DNA of 64,000 bases, taken from contig CAWAGQ010000007.1 of assembly GCA_963781585.1 (NCBI GenBank), positions 224,001-288,000 of the forward strand, given 5' to 3'. The position numbers and the translations under genes are program-made. The DNA is from an uncultured Gemmatimonadaceae bacterium (lineage in GTDB: Bacteria > Gemmatimonadota > Gemmatimonadetes > Gemmatimonadales > Gemmatimonadaceae). The notes under the pieces are model-generated. The model ran no database searches, was not told the origin of the DNA, and was given only the letters and a program-made list of their open reading frames with translations. This document shows positions 58,439 to 64,000 of this stretch, piece by piece (positions within the stretch are counted from its first letter, which is position 1; every line of letters starts with the position of its first letter).

Positions 58439-61108
58439 TCAGCGTCCGCGCATCACCTTCCACAGCTGACCCAGCGCTGCCGGCACGGCGCTGAGCCCGA
58501 CGATCAGGATCCAGTCGGCGACGTCGAGACGTGCGACGCCAAGCAGGCGCGCCAGCCACGGCAGCCCGGCCGCCGCGACCTGCAGCCCGATCCCGATCGC
58601 GAGCGCACCTAACGCGAATGGATTGGACGTGGCCCGCCGTCGCGACAGCACCGCGCCACGCCCGCGCGCATTCCCGAGGTGGAAGAGCTGCGACAGGGCC
58701 AGCGTCATGAAACACAGGGTGGACGCGTAGCGCGCGTCGTCCGGACGCGCGTACCGGCCCCACGCGAGCGCCGCCAGCGCGGTGCCGCCGATCAACACCG
58801 CATAGGACAATGTGAGCCACACCAGTGGCCGCGACATGATCTGGCCGCGGGGGTCTCTCGGAGCTCGGCGCATCACGTCGCCTTCGGCCGGCTCGAACGC
58901 CAGCGCCAGCGCCGGAAACGTATCGGTCACCAGGTTGAGCCAGAGCAGCTGCAGAGGAAGCAGCGGGAGGGGGAGACCAGCCATCCCGGCGGTGAACAGC
59001 ACCAGCAGTTCCCCCGCGTTGCAGCTGAACAGGTAGAAGACGAAGCGCCGGATGTTCTCGAAGATCACGCGCCCCTCTTCGACCGCGGCCGCGACGGTCT
59101 CGAACCGGTCGTCGGCGAGCACCAGGTCGGCGGCCTCCCGCGCAAAGTCGGTGCCGCGCCGACCCAGCGCGACGCCGATGTCGGCTTTCCGCAGGGCCGG
59201 CGCATCGTTCACGCCGTCGCCCAGCATGGCCACGATCTCGCCGCGTCGGCGCAGCGCGTCGACCACGCGGAGTTTCGTTTCGGGAGTCACGCGGCTCGCC
59301 ACCGCCAGATGTGCCACGCGGCCAATGAGGTCCGCCACCGACAGGCGGTCCAGCTGGGCTCCCGCGATCAACTCGCCGCCGTCGCTTGCGAGCGACAGCT
59401 CGCGTGCCACCGCGGCGGCCGTGGGGAGCTGATCGCCGGTAAGCATGATGATGCGGATTCCGGCGTCGCGCAGGCGCCCCACGGTCTGCTTGACACCCGG
59501 CGCAGGGGGATCCATCAGCCCCACGAATCCCACGAACGAGAGACCCTGGAGGCCCGACTCGTCAGGCGACGTTACTTCCCCGGTCGCCAGCGCGAGCACG
59601 CGCAGGCCGTTTCCCGCGAGGCGTTCATTCTCCTCCTCGAGCTGCCGCCGGGCCGCCGCGTCGAGCGGCACGTCGCCGTCCGCCGTGACCACCCGGTCGC
59701 ACAGATCGATCACGCGTGACGCTGCGCCCTTGACGAATACCGCGTTGGTGCCGTCCGGCCGTCGCCGGAAAGCCGCCGAGAGCATCCGCGCGCTGCTGAA
59801 CGGAAGCAGGCTCACTTGCGGCTCCTGGTGCTCGAGCGCCACCGGGTCGATCCCAATCCGACGCGTCGCGGCGAGCACCGCCTGCTCCTCCGGGTCGATG
59901 CGGGAGTCGGCGCCCTTCGACGCACCGGCGATTGTGCAGGAGAGCGCGGCAACGCGGAGGGCGGCCACCAGCGGATCGCTCGGCTGCGGTGGTGGCGGAA
60001 CGGCCTCCGGGTCGTCGGCCCGCGGTTCCTCTCCTCGCGGCAGTGTCCATTCGCCCTCGAGGCTCCAGACCGTCGTCACCGCCATCTCTCCCGCTGTGAG
60101 CGTCCCGGTCTTGTCGGTGCAGATCACCGTCGTGGAGCCCAGCGTCTCCACCGAGGGCAGATGCCTGACGAGTGCCTGGCGGCGCGCCATGCGACGGACG
60201 CCGATGGCCATGGCAACGGTCACGACGACGGGAAGTCCTTCCGGCACCGCGGCCACGGCCACCGCGATGGACGTCTCGAGGAGGAGCGCGAGCGACGCAC
60301 CCGAGCGCAGATCGACAACCGCCAGCAGCGCGGCGAGCCCGAGCGCTACCACGGCGAGCCGGCGGCCGAGGGTGTCGAGCCGCCGTTCGAGCGGCGTGCG
60401 CTCGTCTCCGGTCTCGCTGACCAGGCGCTGGATGCGCCCCAGCTCGGTCAACATGCCGGTCGCCACCACCACCCCTCGCGCATGTCCGCCGGTGATCGTT
60501 GTCCCCTGAAAGACCATGTTCACCCGGTCGGGCAGGGCGACGCGCTCGTCGAGAATCACCGTCGCCGTCTTCGCGACCGGGAGTGATTCGCCGGTTAGGG
60601 CGGCTTCCATCGCCTCGCCCTCAGTGGCCGTCACCAGCCGCGCGTCGGCGGGAACGCGAGCACCAGCCGACAGCACGATGATGTCACCGGGGACCAGCAA
60701 TGCCGCGTCGACGACTCGCACGGCGCCGTCGCGCACCACCTGCGCTCCCGGTACCACAAGCGAGCGCAGCGCCTCCATCGCCCTCCGCCCGCGCAGTTCC
60801 ACCACGAAGCCGAGCGCCACATTGATCGCGAGCACGGCGATGATGGCGATCGCGTCAGCATCGGCGTCGGTGCCGGCGGCGATCGCCGCGGCGGCCACCA
60901 GCAGGAGGACGATGACGCTCCGGAACTGGGCGACGAAGATGCGCCACGCCGGGGTCGGCGGCAGGCGGCGCAGTTCGTTGGCGCCGTATCGAGCGAGGCG
61001 GCTCCGGGACTCCTCGCTCGTAAGCCCGTCGGCGCTGGAGGCAAGACGAGCGAGCACGTCGTCCGCGGGCAGCGCGTGCCAGGGAGGGGCTGGTGCGGCG
61101 GTCCGCAT
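58439..61108 (-). CDS. Cation-transporting P-type ATPase (type II)
   Basis: LTGES, VPEGLP, DKTGT, MDPP, TGD, GDGVNDAPAL, WLNLVTD. Confidence 0.95.
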   Translation of the reverse strand: MRTAAPAPPWHALPADDVLARLASSADGLTSEESRSRLARYGANELRRLPPTPAWRIFVAQFRSVIVLLLVAAAAIAAGTDADADAIAIIAVLAINVALGFVVELRGRRAMEALRSLVVPGAQVVRDGAVRVVDAALLVPGDIIVLSAGARVPADARLVTATEGEAMEAALTGESLPVAKTATVILDERVALPDRVNMVFQGTTITGGHARGVVVATGMLTELGRIQRLVSETGDERTPLERRLDTLGRRLAVVALGLAALLAVVDLRSGASLALLLETSIAVAVAAVPEGLPVVVTVAMAIGVRRMARRQALVRHLPSVETLGSTTVICTDKTGTLTAGEMAVTTVWSLEGEWTLPRGEEPRADDPEAVPPPPQPSDPLVAALRVAALSCTIAGASKGADSRIDPEEQAVLAATRRIGIDPVALEHQEPQVSLLPFSSARMLSAAFRRRPDGTNAVFVKGAASRVIDLCDRVVTADGDVPLDAAARRQLEEENERLAGNGLRVLALATGEVTSPDESGLQGLSFVGFVGLMDPPAPGVKQTVGRLRDAGIRIIMLTGDQLPTAAAVARELSLASDGGELIAGAQLDRLSVADLIGRVAHLAVASRVTPETKLRVVDALRRRGEIVAMLGDGVNDAPALRKADIGVALGRRGTDFAREAADLVLADDRFETVAAAVEEGRVIFENIRRFVFYLFSCNAGELLVLFTAGMAGLPLPLLPLQLLWLNLVTDTFPALALAFEPAEGDVMRRAPRDPRGQIMSRPLVWLTLSYAVLIGGTALAALAWGRYARPDDARYASTLCFMTLALSQLFHLGNARGRGAVLSRRRATSNPFALGALAIGIGLQVAAAGLPWLARLLGVARLDVADWILIVGLSAVPAALGQLWKVMRGR

Positions 61109-61185
61109 GAATGATCAGATCTCCACGATCATCGGCGTGATGCAGCCGGCCCCGCAGTATCCGTTCAACGGTGGAGCGGGTGCGG

Positions 61186-61677
61186 TCAGCGATCAGCGGT
61201 CGGCCGTCGTGGCAGCCAGCGCCCCACACGACGACAGTATGAGTCATACTCCGGCCCGAACGTCCGTCTGAGGACCGGCTCCTCGTACGTCAGAACGAAG
61301 GTGTGACTGATCAGGAGGAATACCAGCACGTAGCCGAGGAGCGGCAGCGATTGATAGTACGTCGCTGCTCCGGCAAGCGCGGTTGCCGCGCCCACATACA
61401 TCGGATTGCGGACCCACCGATAGGGACCGCGCACCACCAGAGTTCGAGGCGGGTCGAATGGTGCGGGAGTGCCCTTGCCGATCAGGGCGAACGCGAGGAC
61501 GCAGCTCAGCGCCAGCGTGAGGCCCGCCCCCGATACCAGGAGCCCGACGACCTGGAGCACGCCGGTATGCGACGGAGGACGCACGCCGGACGATGACAGG
61601 AGCCGGGAGGGCAGGAAGACCAGCACGAACGCGATGAAGAGCGTCGCGTACGTCACTGCGCGTGCGAGAACGAACAT
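61186..61677 (-). CDS. Isoprenylcysteine carboxyl methyltransferase/PEMT-family membrane protein
   Basis: GKGTPAPFDPP, GPYRWVRNPMY, YEEP.L...FG..Y..Y. Confidence 0.88.
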   Translation of the reverse strand: MFVLARAVTYATLFIAFVLVFLPSRLLSSSGVRPPSHTGVLQVVGLLVSGAGLTLALSCVLAFALIGKGTPAPFDPPRTLVVRGPYRWVRNPMYVGAATALAGAATYYQSLPLLGYVLVFLLISHTFVLTYEEPVLRRTFGPEYDSYCRRVGRWLPRRPTADR

Positions 61678-61856
61678 GGGAGTGCACCCCTCGCGTGTTG
61701 GACGACGACGAGCCGGCGGCACGTCGAGTCGACCATCTCATCAGATCTGAATAGTGCCCGACACCGCGGCTGGCAACGCGAGCAGGGCCGTATGCCTTGA
61801 CACTTCCGGCCCCCGGCTCTAGAGGAGAAGAAGACCCTATCCTGGGAGGCACCGCC

Positions 61857-62816
61857 ATGATGGATCGCTGCCCACGCGCGCTGGCCCTTGCCTTCGTCTT
61901 CGCGCTGGCCGGCTGTGGAGGCACCGGTGAGACGTCCAGCGCCGACCACGGGCGCAACGTCTTTGACGTGTCGGTCCGGGACCGGCTGGCCTTCGACGCG
62001 CCCGATTCGGTTTCCGCGGGATGGGTGACGTTCCGCCTGCATAACGAGTCGGGGATGACGCACTTTGCGCTGATCGAGCGGCAGCCGGAGGGAATCGGCA
62101 TCCGGGAGCAGCAAACGCAGGTGGCGCCGGTATTTCAGGCCGGCATGGATCTGCTGAGCGCGGGCAAGGTGCAGCAAGCGATGGCCAAGTTCGGCGAGCT
62201 GCCGGCCTGGACGAAACAGACCGTCTTTCTGGGTGGTCCAGGTCTGACCGGGCCGCAACACACCTCCGAGACCACGGTCAACCTGCAGCCGGGCAGGTAC
62301 ATGCTGGAGTGCTACGTCAAGACGAATGGCGTATTCCATTCCTACAGCCCGGACTCCACGCAGTACGGCATGGTGCATCAGTTCGTGGTCACGGCGCCAC
62401 CGTCGCCGGCGCCCGCCCCGCAGCCGACGCTGCGTCTGACGCTCTCGAGCACACGGGGGATCGAAGTCTCCGGAGACCCACAGGTGGGCGAGCAGATCGT
62501 GGCCGTGCGATTCGAGGATCAGAAGGCGCACGAAAACTTCGTGGGCCACGACGTGCATCTCGTGCGGCTCGCCGACAGCGTGGACACGAAAGCGCTGGTC
62601 GCGTGGATGGACTGGACCCGGAAGGGCGGACTGCAGACGCCGGCGCCGGCGGAGTTTCTTGGCGGGGTGAACGAAATGCCGGCCGGCTCGACCGGCTACC
62701 TCACGGTGACGCTCGAGCCAGGTCGCTACGCCTGGATCGCCGAGGTGCCGAAGGCGGACGAGCAAGGGATGCTGCGGGAGTTCACGATTCCGGGCGACGT
62801 ACCGAGCGGAGGGTGA
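61857..62816 (+). CDS. Lipoprotein with two cupredoxin-like domains
   Basis: Lipobox LAGC; LQPGRYMLECYV..FH...GM; second repeat LEPGRYAW...GM. Confidence 0.65.
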   Translation: MMDRCPRALALAFVFALAGCGGTGETSSADHGRNVFDVSVRDRLAFDAPDSVSAGWVTFRLHNESGMTHFALIERQPEGIGIREQQTQVAPVFQAGMDLLSAGKVQQAMAKFGELPAWTKQTVFLGGPGLTGPQHTSETTVNLQPGRYMLECYVKTNGVFHSYSPDSTQYGMVHQFVVTAPPSPAPAPQPTLRLTLSSTRGIEVSGDPQVGEQIVAVRFEDQKAHENFVGHDVHLVRLADSVDTKALVAWMDWTRKGGLQTPAPAEFLGGVNEMPAGSTGYLTVTLEPGRYAWIAEVPKADEQGMLREFTIPGDVPSGG

Positions 62817-62998
62817 GGCGGACCGCGACCCGCGCGAGCCGGAGCGCTGGTACGCTCCACGCTGGGTTCCCTCCACGACGAGTGCGTCGCACTGGCGGAC
62901 CAGCGGCACCGCGCTCCTAATTGTGCTGTTGCAGCTCCAGCCCGAGAGGTGCTGGGACGGCCCCGGAGCGCGAAGCCCGAGCGGAGCGAGATGGCGCG

Positions 62999-64000
<1,002 letters not shown>

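Overview
High-GC bacterial chromosomal window; gene content (duplicated orphan ABC permeases, carboxypeptidase-regulatory-like domain protein, TIGR02999-type ECF sigma, eukaryotic-like Ser/Thr kinase) suggests Gemmatimonadota, which is an inference. It carries about 50 CDSs, mostly accessory envelope, transport and signalling genes, and one complete IS5-family element with TIRs and a CTAG duplication. No rRNA, tRNA or CRISPR was recognised. Main observations: (1) two tandem lipoprotein paralogs (51.1-53.6 kb), each with its own c-di-GMP-I-like riboswitch, anti-SD pairing and terminator; (2) an unannotated 44-aa leader ORF ending Arg-Ala-Pro-stop plus an intrinsic terminator in front of an ABC exporter/DUF1854 operon, a candidate ribosome-mediated attenuator; (3) a three-gene flavinylation module (FMN-binding protein, ApbE, stand-alone RnfD-like protein) with no visible electron-input subunit; (4) an IS5 inserted inside a REP-doublet-like structure; (5) gene decay (deleted permease, frameshifted USP, receiver-domain relic); (6) an 18-unit heptamer array and a shared palindromic motif before stress genes. 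All family calls are by eye from motifs; no database search was run, and many starts were moved downstream of the ORF-track starts using RBS and coupling evidence.
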